This document shows positions 31,532 through 43,507 of a stretch of 64,000 bases of DNA, in pieces (the stretch's first letter is position 1; the number at the start of each line of letters is the position of its first letter). The notes under the pieces are model-generated. The model ran no database searches. It was not told the DNA's origin and saw only the letters and a list, made by a program, of their open reading frames with translations. The position numbers were made by a program, and so were the translations under genes. Source of the stretch: an uncultured Bacillota bacterium (GTDB taxonomy: Bacteria > Bacillota_I > Bacilli_A > RF39 > UBA660); assembly GCA_946407495.1 (NCBI GenBank), contig CAMJOB010000001.1:9549-73548 (forward strand), given 5' to 3'.

Positions 31532-32665
31532 ATGGCAATAGGAATTGATGAATTAGACGACGATTTTGAGTTTCAGAATCAAGATCCAAACCCAAATCCA
31601 GATGGCGATGAGGGTGGAAATGGTGGAGAAGGTAATCAACCAGATCCAGATAACAATGATGGAAATGGAGGTGCCGAAGAAAATGAAGGAAATGAAGGAA
31701 ATGAAAATGATGGAGGCGGTAACGAAGATATTGATAACGCCACATATGCTTTCCTAAAAACAAAAGGCATTGATGATCCATCCAAAATTAAGTTTGAAAA
31801 CGAAGATACAGGTGAAATCGAAGAAGTAAGTTGGGAAGATTTATCTGAAAAGGATAAATTAGGTATTCTAAACACTTCTAATGTAGATCCTGATAGAGAA
31901 TTAGAAGATCCAGAGATTGCACTAATTAATAGTATTAGAGAAAGCGGTTTGAGTATTGAAGATTACGTACAGGCTATTAAACAGTCTGGTATCGAAGAAG
32001 CTCGTAAGCAATTTGAAGAAAGTAATCCTCCAACTCAACAGTTTGAAGTAGATAACATTCCTGATGATGAATTATATCTTTTAGATTTACAACATAAATT
32101 AGGAGACAATGCTACCGATGAAGAATTATTAAAGGCTCTTGAGATTGAAAAACAAAATCCTGAATTTTTTGCGAAAAAGGTGAACGGATTACGTCAAGAA
32201 TATAAAGCTCTTGAGGAACAGCAACGTAATTTAATTGCTGAACAAGAAAAACAAGAGTATGAAGCAAAATTTGCTAATTTCCAAAACAATATATTAAATG
32301 AGATTCGTTCATTTAATAAAGTCGGTAATTTAGATATTGAGTTAGATGTTAACGATATGAATGAAATCGCTAACGTAATTTTATCAGATGATCCAGCTGG
32401 TGTAAACTATTTACAGAAAGCATTAAGTAGTCCTGCTAATTTAGTTAAAGTAGCATGGTTCTTAACAAAAGGAGAATCTGCATTTAAAGATATTAATGAT
32501 TACTATGCACAGCAGATTAAAGAGGTTTCTAGAGCACAATACAAGAGAGGCTTAGAAGATGGTAAAACTGGGAAAACTTCTAGTCCTATAAGCAAACCTC
32601 ATGTGGTAAAACAACCATCCCAGAATAATATTGTTAAACCAAAGTCAATTGATGACTTAGATTAA
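31532..32665 (+). CDS. putative scaffolding protein (highly acidic D/E/N/G-rich N-terminus, helical C-terminus) upstream of capsid gene
   Basis: composition and position immediately 5' of the capsid gene; 377 aa. Confidence 0.4.
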   Translation: MAIGIDELDDDFEFQNQDPNPNPDGDEGGNGGEGNQPDPDNNDGNGGAEENEGNEGNENDGGGNEDIDNATYAFLKTKGIDDPSKIKFENEDTGEIEEVSWEDLSEKDKLGILNTSNVDPDRELEDPEIALINSIRESGLSIEDYVQAIKQSGIEEARKQFEESNPPTQQFEVDNIPDDELYLLDLQHKLGDNATDEELLKALEIEKQNPEFFAKKVNGLRQEYKALEEQQRNLIAEQEKQEYEAKFANFQNNILNEIRSFNKVGNLDIELDVNDMNEIANVILSDDPAGVNYLQKALSSPANLVKVAWFLTKGESAFKDINDYYAQQIKEVSRAQYKRGLEDGKTGKTSSPISKPHVVKQPSQNNIVKPKSIDDLD

Positions 32666-32679
32666 AAATTAATTAAATT

Positions 32680-34098
32680 ATGTTAATAGCAGAATTTGTA
32701 ACAAATAAACAAAACATGAGTGAAACACGTACCTACGAAGATTTCTATACTTTCCTTGGTACTAATCCTCATAGAATGGGAGTTATCTCTCGTATGTATC
32801 CACACTTAACAGCTACTTATCTTCTTGAATCACTTAAGAATATTTTCTATCAAGACGTTAAGGGTGCTGAGAAACATCAGTCAATTAATTCAATGTTCTT
32901 CGAGTGGGAAATTGAATCTAATCAAATTAAGAGAATACCTTTCGCAGCTGAACCAATTGGTGATGGTAAAGGTGGATCTGAAATTCAAATGTTCTTTACA
33001 GAACGTTACTACGAACAGAATGATATTTTCAAGGTTGATGAAACCTTCCAGCAATTCTTCGTTGTAACAGAACCTACACGTACTCGTGATAATTACTGGT
33101 GTTATATTGTTCGTCTTATCGACGAAGACTATAAGGGTGAACTTGATCGTTCTGGTACTTATGTTGGTGCTACTACACGTTTCCAATCTAACGCATTCCC
33201 AGAACTATCTGAAAAAGGTTTCACAAAGTATCAGTCAAATATCGCTCGTATGCGTAACTATATGACAACTTTCCGTAATGATATTGATTATTCTTCACTT
33301 TATGCAGCACACGAAGAAAACTTCATTAAGATTTCTAAGGGTGAGGGTAACGGAAAGCTTTCTGAAACCATCTATAAGATGGATAAAGCTAAGAAGGTTC
33401 TTCTTGAGAACCACATGTATGCTAAGAACTCTGGTTATTTATTTAACCGTTCTAACATCGATAAGAATGGTCGTCCTACTATCGTAGATGCACAAGGTCG
33501 TCCTGTTTATATCGGTGCTGGTATAATTCCACAAATTGAGAAGTTTGCATCTAAATATGTTTATAGTAAGTTCACAATTAACGTACTTCGTACTGTTATT
33601 GCTGAAATGAATGATAAGGCTGATTCTCCAACAGGAAACAACTATATGTTCATTGTTTCTGAACCACTTTGGAATCAAATGCAGGGTGTTCTTTCAGCAC
33701 ATCTTGCTGCTTTCCAAACAGATGGAACTTATCTATATTCTAAGGCTGCTAACGATTACGTAAAAGTTGGTGCTACATTCAATTCTTACGAGTTCGGTGG
33801 AAATAAGATTACATTCAAAGTTGATCGTACATTAACTCGTGAATACGGTAGTGAAAAGGGATTCGGTGTATGTATTGACTTAACAGCTGATAAGACAAGT
33901 AACGCTCCTGCTCTTGGTCTATTCACATTTAAGGGTGGTGAGTTCATTCAAGGTACACTTGAAGGTCTTGGAGGACTTGATGGACTTTCTTCAGGTAAGA
34001 TTTCTTCTCCTGTAGCTGGTTCTAAACTTGCTGTAATGAGTTACGGTGGTGTTGCAGTATTTAATCCTTACAAGAGTTACATTATTACACAGGCATAA
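32680..34098 (+). CDS. major capsid protein candidate (472 aa)
   Basis: size, position after scaffold, and marked shift to highly-expressed codon usage (cgt, ggt, ctt, gct) relative to neighbours; hairpin after stop. Confidence 0.55.
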   Translation: MLIAEFVTNKQNMSETRTYEDFYTFLGTNPHRMGVISRMYPHLTATYLLESLKNIFYQDVKGAEKHQSINSMFFEWEIESNQIKRIPFAAEPIGDGKGGSEIQMFFTERYYEQNDIFKVDETFQQFFVVTEPTRTRDNYWCYIVRLIDEDYKGELDRSGTYVGATTRFQSNAFPELSEKGFTKYQSNIARMRNYMTTFRNDIDYSSLYAAHEENFIKISKGEGNGKLSETIYKMDKAKKVLLENHMYAKNSGYLFNRSNIDKNGRPTIVDAQGRPVYIGAGIIPQIEKFASKYVYSKFTINVLRTVIAEMNDKADSPTGNNYMFIVSEPLWNQMQGVLSAHLAAFQTDGTYLYSKAANDYVKVGATFNSYEFGGNKITFKVDRTLTREYGSEKGFGVCIDLTADKTSNAPALGLFTFKGGEFIQGTLEGLGGLDGLSSGKISSPVAGSKLAVMSYGGVAVFNPYKSYIITQA

Positions 34099-34126
34099 TT
34101 CAGATAAATTTTATATACAATAGATT

Positions 34127-34157
34127 GTGAGAGAGCATTAAGACTCTCTCACTTTTA
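34127..34157 (+). terminator. hairpin / partial terminator after capsid gene
   Basis: perfect 9-bp stem gtgagagag/ctctctcac, 8-nt loop, followed by tttt. Confidence 0.45.
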
Positions 34158-34175
34158 AATGATAATACGAAATAA

Positions 34176-35021
34176 ATGGCTAAGGAAATGAATCAATTTG
34201 AAGCAAGTAATAAAATAATACTTCGCTCAGTATACGGAAAAACAGAACAAAAATATTGGATAGCTCCAGTTAAAGATCCTAAAACAAGACGTTATCCAGA
34301 TTGTGTAAAAGAAGTAGATGATCGCGGAAATCTTATAATGACAGATGCAGAAAGAAATTCTGGTAATGTATTTCTAAGTGCTGATGAACCTATTATGGTT
34401 CAAGACGGTAAGATTTTCGATCTAACTAATCCAGTTGATGCAGCAGAATGGGAAGCTATTAAAAATAGTTTTTTAATTGCATCAGATAGATATGCTACAG
34501 ATGAAAACGGAAACTCTATTATAGATGGACATATTGATAGAGTTACTCATATGCCTACTTACGGTAGAGCAGAACTTTATGTTTATAAACCAGGTGAAGC
34601 AGCTAAGAATAAAGTTTCAAGAGCTAAACTTAAGAATACTGCTATAACTTATATTATTGAAGATTCACTTGAACATCAAGTACAAATAGCAAGATTACTT
34701 GGTAAACATATGGAACACGTTCATCACGCAGATTTAGAAAATTATCTTATTGAAACTGCAGAAAGAGATCCACAAAAGATTATCAACCTTTATCGCGGTA
34801 ATGATACAGAACTTAGAATTATGTTCTATGAAGCTGTAGATAGAAAAATTATTGAGATAAAAGATGGAATTTACGTATACGATGGTTCTATTAACTTAGG
34901 CGGAACTGACGACTCTTCTATTTCTTGGCTTAAAGACGCTAAGAATAAAAAGTGGTTAGATCGTATTACTGAAGAGGTTTATCCAGAATTTGCAAAGAAA
35001 AATAAATCAAATAAAGAATAA
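34176..35021 (+). CDS. hypothetical head-module protein (281 aa)
   Basis: ORF track, no TAG. Confidence 0.35.
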   Translation: MAKEMNQFEASNKIILRSVYGKTEQKYWIAPVKDPKTRRYPDCVKEVDDRGNLIMTDAERNSGNVFLSADEPIMVQDGKIFDLTNPVDAAEWEAIKNSFLIASDRYATDENGNSIIDGHIDRVTHMPTYGRAELYVYKPGEAAKNKVSRAKLKNTAITYIIEDSLEHQVQIARLLGKHMEHVHHADLENYLIETAERDPQKIINLYRGNDTELRIMFYEAVDRKIIEIKDGIYVYDGSINLGGTDDSSISWLKDAKNKKWLDRITEEVYPEFAKKNKSNKE

Positions 35022-35028
35022 TTAAAAT

Positions 35029-36339
35029 ATGACTGCACGCTAGATATTTGAAGCTATGTTAGTTGAATTAAATAACACTAGTTCACCTAGCTTGCTTTTA
35101 GACGATTATAACTATTTTATCAATAAGGCTGTTGATATGTATATCAATAAGCGATATGCAAATTATGATACCACCCAACAAACAACTGACGATTTAAGAG
35201 TACTTAAAGCAACTGCAATTTTACCTGTTAATAAAAAGGTATTTAGTGATGAAAACACAGAATTTCATGACGCAAAATTACAGGAACTTGTTGATCTTAT
35301 TAAACAAGACCAATCATTTAATGCTATGGCAGAAGTAATTCTTCCTTCTGATTATATGCATACTCTTAATTGTACTTGTATTTATAAAATAAATAAACAG
35401 TCTGGATGTTACGATGGCGGAGACGTTGCTAAATATGCAGCAAAACGTCTTACTGCGGATTCTTGGAGTATCATAATGAATGATTATTACAATCGTCCTA
35501 CACCAAAAAATCCTTGGTATTATATACACAATATAAATACACAAACTGAACTCCCAACTAATCCATTAAATGATAAAGATGACGGAACAGATCCTTGGGA
35601 TTTAAGAAAATCTTTTACAGAACTTGAAAGACAATACGCTAAATATATTGAAGATAGTATAAAAGCTAATGTTTTAATAGTTTCAACTACAGAAAATGAT
35701 GTTTTAAAAACATCAGATGGTTCTTACTGTAAAGTAGTTAAACTTGAAAATGATGCATACACATATGTACTTGTAAATGATATTGCTTTTGCAACAGTTT
35801 ATAATAAGTATGGAATTTATAATGAATTTGACCTTTATTCTGTTAATTATAGTTCAGATATACAAGGTGTTTATTCAGCAGGAACTAAGATAAAAACAAT
35901 TAAAAAAGAAGACTTCACAAAAGATTTTCCAAGAGAAATTAAAATTGGAAATAAAGTTATAGGAGTTAATAACGTAAATACAAGTGTCGTAGAAAAAACT
36001 GCTGGAGTTCGTTATGGAAATGCATCTAAAGTTCGTATGGAAATTAGATATGGACAGGCAGATGTATTTGAATTAAAGGGAATCGCTATTGATTATATTA
36101 AAGCTCCACAACATATTAGATTAACTAAAAATCAGATGGATTTAACTGAAGATACTTCTCAGATTATTGAATTCCCTGATTATGCATGTCAAGAGATTAT
36201 AAATCAATTGGTTGCACTAGTAATGGCGAACAATGCAGATCCTCGCATACAAACTACTGTACCAATTTCTCAGTCTATTAGTGATCCTAGTCAACAACAA
36301 GCTGCACAAGCTCGTAGACAAGCTCAACAATAGGCTTAA
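35029..36339 (+). CDS. hypothetical head-module protein (436 aa); TAG at codon 5 and two codons before the TAA stop
   Basis: ATG 35029, TAG 35041, continues in frame 1 through ORF 35056..36333 and TAG 36331 to TAA 36337-36339. Confidence 0.45.
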
Positions 36340-36367
36340 TATTAACTTTTTAACAATTATTTAAATT

Positions 36368-37486
36368 ATGTTTAATTTTACAACTAACGTAATTATTAAT
36401 AGTGCTGATCAGATTGCACTTCTTGATGCAACAGGCAATGCTACTACAGCATCAGCAACAGGTGCATCTGCTCCAAAATTATTTAGAATTAAGAGATATC
36501 GCGACTTCAAGATTGGTGATCCAACTGAAGTAGTAAAAGGTGCTTATAAAGCAGTAGGTTACAACAAAGTTCTTTCTAAAGCTACTATCAATGAGGCTGC
36601 TCTTACAGCTCTTGTACCAGCAACAAGCGGTGCAAAGAATCTTGCTCGTCTTAATCTTTATGTAAAACTTCAAGGTTCTAACAATCCTCTATTCGCTAAT
36701 CCATTCGTTCAGAAAGGTAAGCCTTTTGGATTCGAGTTTGTTGTTAAGTATGGTGATACTGCTTCTGATGTTGCTGATAAACTTATTGCTTCATTAAAAA
36801 AAGTTCAATCAATGCTTCTTAATGACGACATTGTAACTATTGCTAAGGTTACTACACCTGGTGCTAATAGTACAACTGTTACTTCTGTTGAAATTACAGC
36901 AGTAAATGAGTTTGAGAAGTTTACAAATGTAGATCTTGAGCTTTATGTTGAAGATCCTACTTTCAAGGATGGTACATTTGAAAATTCTTCATATGTAGAA
37001 AAAGTAACAAACATTGATCCACGTACAGGAACTGTTTCAGCTACAGCGTCTTATTTCAGTGATCGTAATGTAAAAGGTTCTTCTACTATTGCTACTCCTA
37101 AAATTGTTGTAGCACAGGGTATCGAAGGATTTGGTACATTTGAGCATCTAAGAAAAGACTATCGTCTTCCAACTGCTGAAAACGGACGTTGGCTAAGAAT
37201 TGATGAAGATAATTATCCTATTAAGGGTACTATCTACAATCAGTACACAATTAAGGTTGAAACTGATCGTGGTATTACTGGTCAGTCTGTAATTGGACAG
37301 CCTGGTACATCTATCACAACTCACATTTTCTGGGTACCACAGTCTTTAGCATCTACTTTCGAAGCAGGTCTTGGACTACTTGGATGGACAGGTAATGTTG
37401 CTGCTGGTCTTGGAACTAACACTCCAGTTGCTCCATCAACAGACCACATTGCAGATGATACAGAACTAGCTGCAGCAGGTAAGTAA
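36368..37486 (+). CDS. abundant virion structural protein candidate (372 aa; auxiliary capsid/decoration or tube-like)
   Basis: same highly-expressed codon bias as capsid gene; followed by strong terminator. Confidence 0.4.
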   Translation: MFNFTTNVIINSADQIALLDATGNATTASATGASAPKLFRIKRYRDFKIGDPTEVVKGAYKAVGYNKVLSKATINEAALTALVPATSGAKNLARLNLYVKLQGSNNPLFANPFVQKGKPFGFEFVVKYGDTASDVADKLIASLKKVQSMLLNDDIVTIAKVTTPGANSTTVTSVEITAVNEFEKFTNVDLELYVEDPTFKDGTFENSSYVEKVTNIDPRTGTVSATASYFSDRNVKGSSTIATPKIVVAQGIEGFGTFEHLRKDYRLPTAENGRWLRIDEDNYPIKGTIYNQYTIKVETDRGITGQSVIGQPGTSITTHIFWVPQSLASTFEAGLGLLGWTGNVAAGLGTNTPVAPSTDHIADDTELAAAGK

Positions 37487-37505
37487 TTTATTAATAATTA
37501 AATAT

Positions 37506-37538
37506 AAGGCGGAGGGCGCAAAGCCTTTCGCCTTTTTT
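37506..37538 (+). terminator. GC-rich hairpin plus T6 terminator
   Basis: aaggcggagggcgcaaagcctttcgcc followed by tttttt. Confidence 0.6.
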
Positions 37539-37542
37539 GCTT

Positions 37543-38223
37543 ATGGAATTTAATCATTTAGACAAATTAGCATCAGCTATTCGCAATGATATATACAGTG
37601 GATTACAAGGCTATCATACTAATTTATCTTTAAACGTAGAGCAATTAAAAGATGATATTGTTGATGAAAGATTACAAATTATTAAAGAATTTGCTTTAAA
37701 AGGAACTCTTCCTTATAAAGATTTATTAGTTGCTTTAAATTGTGTTCCTGTAGATTGTAAAAATATTGAAAAATGTCGTTGCACATCTGATTACGGAACT
37801 CCAACTGCACATTTTGAAATACCATAGATTGTTAATGATTTTGATGATTTATTAATAGATTATATTGGAACTATTGATAAAGAAACAGAATTTGTTTTAT
37901 ATACATCTTTAAATAATAAAAGACTACATAAATATAAAAGAAGAAATAACATTAAAAAGCCATTTGTTTGGATTGATGTTACTCCAAACGAAAATGGAAT
38001 GTACGATGGATTTATTTTTAATGCTCCATTAATAAAAGTTCTTTCTATAGTTGCTGTATTTAAAGATATTAGATAGTTAGAAAAATATGAGTGTTGTATG
38101 CTTAATGGCGAAAATATATCATTCTTAGATAATGAAATTAAAAAGAGACTTACTCAAAAGAAACTTATGTATTATCGTCAGTATTCTGCACCAATAAGAC
38201 CAAACGATTAGGCATATGAATGA
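37543..38223 (+). CDS. hypothetical protein (226 aa); 3 TAG
   Basis: frame 1 from ATG 37543 through TAG 37828, 38074, 38209 to TGA 38221-38223. Confidence 0.4.
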
Positions 38224-38911
38224 TTTAAGAAACATACACACCGCTCAATATCAAGCTAAATTACTTTACGGCGCTGATATTAAAGATGATGATTTTGAGG
38301 AACTTGCTTTAGTAGCATTACCTCAAATTGGAAATCATCATACTGAATTAAAAAAGATAAGAGTTAAATTAGATGAAAACTTATGTGTTAAACTTCCATG
38401 TGATTGCAAATTGATAGAATCTGTAACATATGATTTTGAAGATCCGTATCTTAGTAGTAATATACATGAAAATGGAGATTATTTTAAGACACATACTGAA
38501 CATTACATAGAAGATCGTAAACACTTTCAAGATGCTTATTATGAAAGAGGAAGATTAGTAAATTACCAACAAATAGGAGATACATTAAAATTTGAAAGAA
38601 ATTACGGACCAATTACAATTGAATATCATGCTGAATTACAGGATGAAGATGGACTACCTTTAGTAAACGATAAAGAAATTAACGCGATAGCTGCATTTTG
38701 TGCATATTACGTTCTTTACAGAAAAGGCTTAACAACAAGTAATCCTAATTTCTTAAAATTATCAGAACAGCCTCATAGAGATTGGATTAATTTCTGTAGT
38801 CAAGCAAGAAATCCAGAATGGCTTAGTCAAAATGATGTTGATAAAATACTTAATAGTAAATCTTCTTTTGATAGAAAAGTATATAATAAAAGTTATAAAC
38901 CTATAAAATGA
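38216..38911 (+). CDS. hypothetical protein (231 aa)
   Basis: ORF track. Confidence 0.35.
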   Translation: MNDLRNIHTAQYQAKLLYGADIKDDDFEELALVALPQIGNHHTELKKIRVKLDENLCVKLPCDCKLIESVTYDFEDPYLSSNIHENGDYFKTHTEHYIEDRKHFQDAYYERGRLVNYQQIGDTLKFERNYGPITIEYHAELQDEDGLPLVNDKEINAIAAFCAYYVLYRKGLTTSNPNFLKLSEQPHRDWINFCSQARNPEWLSQNDVDKILNSKSSFDRKVYNKSYKPIK

Positions 38912-39348
38912 ATTACGCTACAGGTCATTGTTTTAATGTTGATGATATGTTTTATAATTTTGATTATTCAAAATTAAAAATGAATTGTAAAGATTGCGAG
39001 AAAATAAATAACGATCCTCATCGCGATATACTTGTTAAAAAAATTTTTCGAGCTGGAATGAAATATGTTCTCAATGACATAGTTGAAAATAACAATACAT
39101 TTGTATTACCTACAGGAAGTAAACGTGCTGAAATTCACGTTAAAAGAACATCAGGTGAACAATTTAAAAAGTTGAGAATTAACGGTAAATGGCAAGATGT
39201 TGATTTATTTAGTTCTCATTTCTCTGGTAACGAATTAGTATTAGAAATGTACGGATCTGGTCGTTGTCGTACAAAACCAATCTATGTTGATAAAAACATT
39301 AAAGATAAAATTACAGAAAATACTAACAAAGGTATGCAATATTGTTAA
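38908..39348 (+). CDS. hypothetical protein (146 aa)
   Basis: ORF track. Confidence 0.35.
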   Translation: MNYATGHCFNVDDMFYNFDYSKLKMNCKDCEKINNDPHRDILVKKIFRAGMKYVLNDIVENNNTFVLPTGSKRAEIHVKRTSGEQFKKLRINGKWQDVDLFSSHFSGNELVLEMYGSGRCRTKPIYVDKNIKDKITENTNKGMQYC

Positions 39349-39350
39349 TT

Positions 39351-39929
39351 ATGGAAATTAAAAGAAGCTCGAATTATATTGAAGCAATAAATTAGCTATT
39401 TCCTGAAGTTTCTAAAAATGATATAAAAAGAATTATGGAATATGGATGGAAATAGCTATATTTATTAAATAGTTATGGTGGAGATACACTTATTACAAAC
39501 AATGGTTTTTGGATGTATACAGGAGCATTAACACCTGATTCTTTATATTATATGAGATATTATTGCAAAAAATTAGCACGAAAGATACGCATTTTATACA
39601 AAAGAAAGAAAAAAACTTGGGATGGGTATTATTATTTTGCATTAACAACAGCTCAATATGAAGAATATTTAAAGTAGAAGAAAAAGAGAGGTCGCCCTAA
39701 GAAACATTTTAAATATGGAAACATATTTTTATATAAAATAAAAGATGAATGTAAAGTTTCTTAGTGGGGATGCACACATATATTTAGAGTTCCTTATATC
39801 TCAGATTTTGGATATAAAATATATAAAGAAGATTATAATACAGATAATGCGGAACTAATTGAAGAAAGAGAAGTTCCTAAATTTAAAGATATTTTAATAA
39901 CAAACAATAATTACGAAGTACTAAAATGA
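39351..39929 (+). CDS. hypothetical basic protein (192 aa); 4 TAG
   Basis: frame 0 from ATG 39351 through TAG 39393, 39444, 39675, 39759 to TGA 39927-39929. Confidence 0.4.
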
Positions 39930-42900
39930 ATTAGGCACAAAATACATTTGAAAATGGATTACTTATGGATTTTCATCCATTGACTGTTCCTAATACTGCG
40001 GTTACTAATTGTTTAAATGGAACATTTCTAACTTATAATGGAAATGAATTTGTATTACAGAATGATATGGGAAATGGTAAAGTAGAAACAGCAGCTTTAC
40101 CAGCAGGTTATATTCCTTTAGGAACTACTTCTTTTGGAGGAATTATTTACATAGTATCTTATAATCCATTAAAAGATGTATGTCAAATAGGATGTTTTCC
40201 TAGTCCAGAACGTAATTTTTCTTATGAAGAATTAACCGAAGACGGATTTCAAATTCATAGTATAACTAATTCAGACTTTAAAAATGGTGATAATATCATC
40301 AATTTTAAAACTAAAGTTGAATTAACAAAAATAACTTTAAATCCAGGTGATAAGTTTTTAATTACTTCCGATTTAGCAAATAATGCTGATAGAATTACTG
40401 ATTATAAAAGCAGTAGTAGAAGAATAGGCGACAATCCTAAATTCTTAAGATTACACGTTGCAACTAAAGATTCTTCTGGAAGATTAGTTTATCTTGATTC
40501 TTCTTTAAAGTGGTATAAATTTGAACAAAATAAATACTATTATATACCAAAAGATAGCACAATTGAAGATACATTAGTTGCATCTAAATATTCTATATTT
40601 AATAGTAAACTTAGTGGTAATCTTTATTTAATTGCTGAATTAGAAACAATTAGTATGTTTTCATCAACATATACCATTACAGCAGATAATGATGATTATT
40701 ATCTTACATTAAATTTAGAATGGAATAGTGATAATTGGAATGAAACACAGCAAGGTATTGATCCTAAAGCTATATTATTTAATTCTCCAGCAAGTGACCA
40801 ACAAGTTTCTTTAATACCAGTTGGTTCTACTGATGAATCTTCAGAATTTTCTATTGATGTATATAATTCTGAATTAGATACAATTGATGGAACTAAAGAT
40901 GTTTCACAGAGATATAAAGAAAACGGTGGAAACATTAATATAGATTTACAAAATAAGGTAAATACTATTTCTGTTTTATGTGGTAAAATTCCACAACACT
41001 ATATTGATGAAAAAGAAAATATAAATAGAAACTTCAAATTAATTCCAGCAATGGAATTTGGAGCATTGCCAACATTTGAAGTATCACAAAATATAAACTT
41101 TGCACAAATTGGAACAGGAAATACTATAATTGATGAATGGAGATATTTTAAACAAGATGATTCTCTTATTCTTACTTATGGTTTCCAAGATTATCCAAAA
41201 CCTTTCTATAAAACATTTGAAGTATCTTTACACTTTATGTCATTAGACTTAAAAGAGATATTCCAAATAAAGAATATAGGAAAAATATCATACGCTGGAT
41301 CATTTACAACAGAACTTGAATTTGATTCATTATTTGAAGAAAATAATTTATATATTATTAAAATAACAAAGAAATCTGCTTTAGCAAATTCTGAAGATAT
41401 AACAGAAATTCCTGAAGAAGTAATAGGATATAGACTTTTATATACAACAGATTTCTTTAATGAACATTATATATCTGATGTAGAAGATTATTCAACTTTA
41501 AATTTACCTGATGGTATTTTAAGTAGTGGACTTTCAGTATCAAATACAAGTTTATCTGAAACACAAACAAATAAACTTTATAGTGATTCTGATTTACATA
41601 ATGAAACAGAATATTCTTCTGAAAAATGTCTTGTTAGAGCAACAGAAAATACACCTATCTATAATTGTGCTATTTCTAAAAAGACAACAAAATGGATAGG
41701 TATTACAGCAAAAGCAAACATTTCATCAGATTATCCTTTATTCAATACTTTTGAATGTTTATATAAACCATCTGGACCTGTTATTACTAAAAAGAGCGGA
41801 AGCGGAACTTATAATGAATTAACAAGGTCTCTTGAAATGGAAAATACACTTAAATTAGCATGGAACGGATATACAGAAGAAACCGTACAATATCAACATG
41901 GTTTAGTTCCACTAATTTATGAATTACAAGATACAGGATATTATAATTTATCTTTTGATTCTATTCAAAAGCACTTTGTATTCAACAATTTCTCATTCCT
42001 TACAAACTCTGGTGGAATAAGAGAAGGTGGAATTGAATATCATAATGGAACCTTTACAGATGATGATCAATCAGAGAATATTAGTAATTCTCAATATTGG
42101 TTTATGGAACCATTTGTAAAAGATCATGTAAATTATCATAGACACAATGGTAATCAATGTTATCCAGGTTCTGATTTCCAAAAGAATTTCAATGAATATG
42201 CTAAAACAAAAGAAAACTTTATTCCATTAACTTTTGTTAATAGTAATTATGATCCAAGTCACAATGATACTAGTCATAGAGACAGAAATGCAATGGACTG
42301 GATTGATAGTATAACAGGTGCTGATTTCTATTGGAAAGGACATTCTAATGGTGTTCATATTGCAGTAGGTAAAAATGGAGATAAAGGAGATAGTGTAAGA
42401 AAAATGCCAAATGGAAAAGGACGTATGTTATATTCTGATTATATTGGTTTTTATGAAAAAAAGCATGGTATAGAACAAGCTCCGTTCAATTATAAAATTG
42501 AGGCAAGAAGTGATAATGGAAATCCCGTAACAGAAAATAATTTATTTGAAGCTAATGGAAACTTTAAATTCAATAATTCAGCTTATAATTACGATGATAT
42601 TCCTGTTGTAAGTATAATGATGAAAGCTGTTGATAGAAATGGTGATTCATTACACTTATTTACAAATAACTTCTCTTTTATTTCACCATATAAACATTAC
42701 ATACAACCATTACCAACAAATATAGAACTATCTTTTGGTGACTTATTTGGAATGTTTATGATGCAAACATATAAATATGTTACAGAAGATTTAGAAGAAG
42801 ATATGAAATGTCCTGACGGTATAGAAGCAATAGATGATACCGATAAACCATCTAGTTGTATTTTTAATGTTAAATCTGAAGTTAAAATATTAGACTTTAA

Positions 42901-43507
42901 AATTAGGGATAAACAAAGAAGTGATTTAGAAAATACTCTTAAAACATTAGGTATTCCAGTAAATAATATCAAATTTAAATCAGAAACTAATCTTTCTGAA
43001 TATTTAGAGATAAATGATTCTGTTACTTTTAGTACACAAGTTGATAATGTTGTTAGAGAAGGATTAGCATTAAAATCATTCGATAAAAATATTTTAGTTA
43101 AAACTTGTCAAGGTTTGGTTTATACTTTACCTAAAACTAAATCTTTAAATGAATCACATATTTATGGAATTAAGAATAATTCTGAGTATACTGATTTATC
43201 AGCAATCCATTTAAGTAATTATGATGATTATTATAAGATTTTAAATAACTTATCTTATAATGAGCAAAACGGAGTAATTAATTATTCTGGATATTTATCT
43301 GAAAATGGAAATAACAATCTAAGTCCTTCTTATATAGATATATTAAAATTAGATGAAGATAAAACATTAGTAATAGACCTTGATAAATATAGACGTATTG
43401 CAAACAGAAGTTGGGATATTAACAACTGTGGTCGATACAGTGTAACTAGAATACAAGGAATATCTAGTAAGTTCTCATTCTCTAAATTATTAAATGTATT
43501 ACGCTAA
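39926..43507 (+). CDS. large tail-associated structural protein (1193 aa); single TAG at codon 3
   Basis: ATG 39926 overlaps upstream TGA (ATGA); atg aat TAG gca...; continuous with ORF 39965..43507. Confidence 0.5.

Noticed and set aside
31566-31757. Alternative-frame + ORF inside the scaffold gene
   Set aside because: It lies in the low-complexity acidic-repeat DNA of the scaffold N-terminus; a frame artefact.
37506-37540. GC-rich segment ggcggagggcgcaaagcctttcgcc as a possible small RNA or attachment site
   Set aside because: Best explained as a GC-rich hairpin followed by T6, an intrinsic terminator after a highly expressed structural gene.
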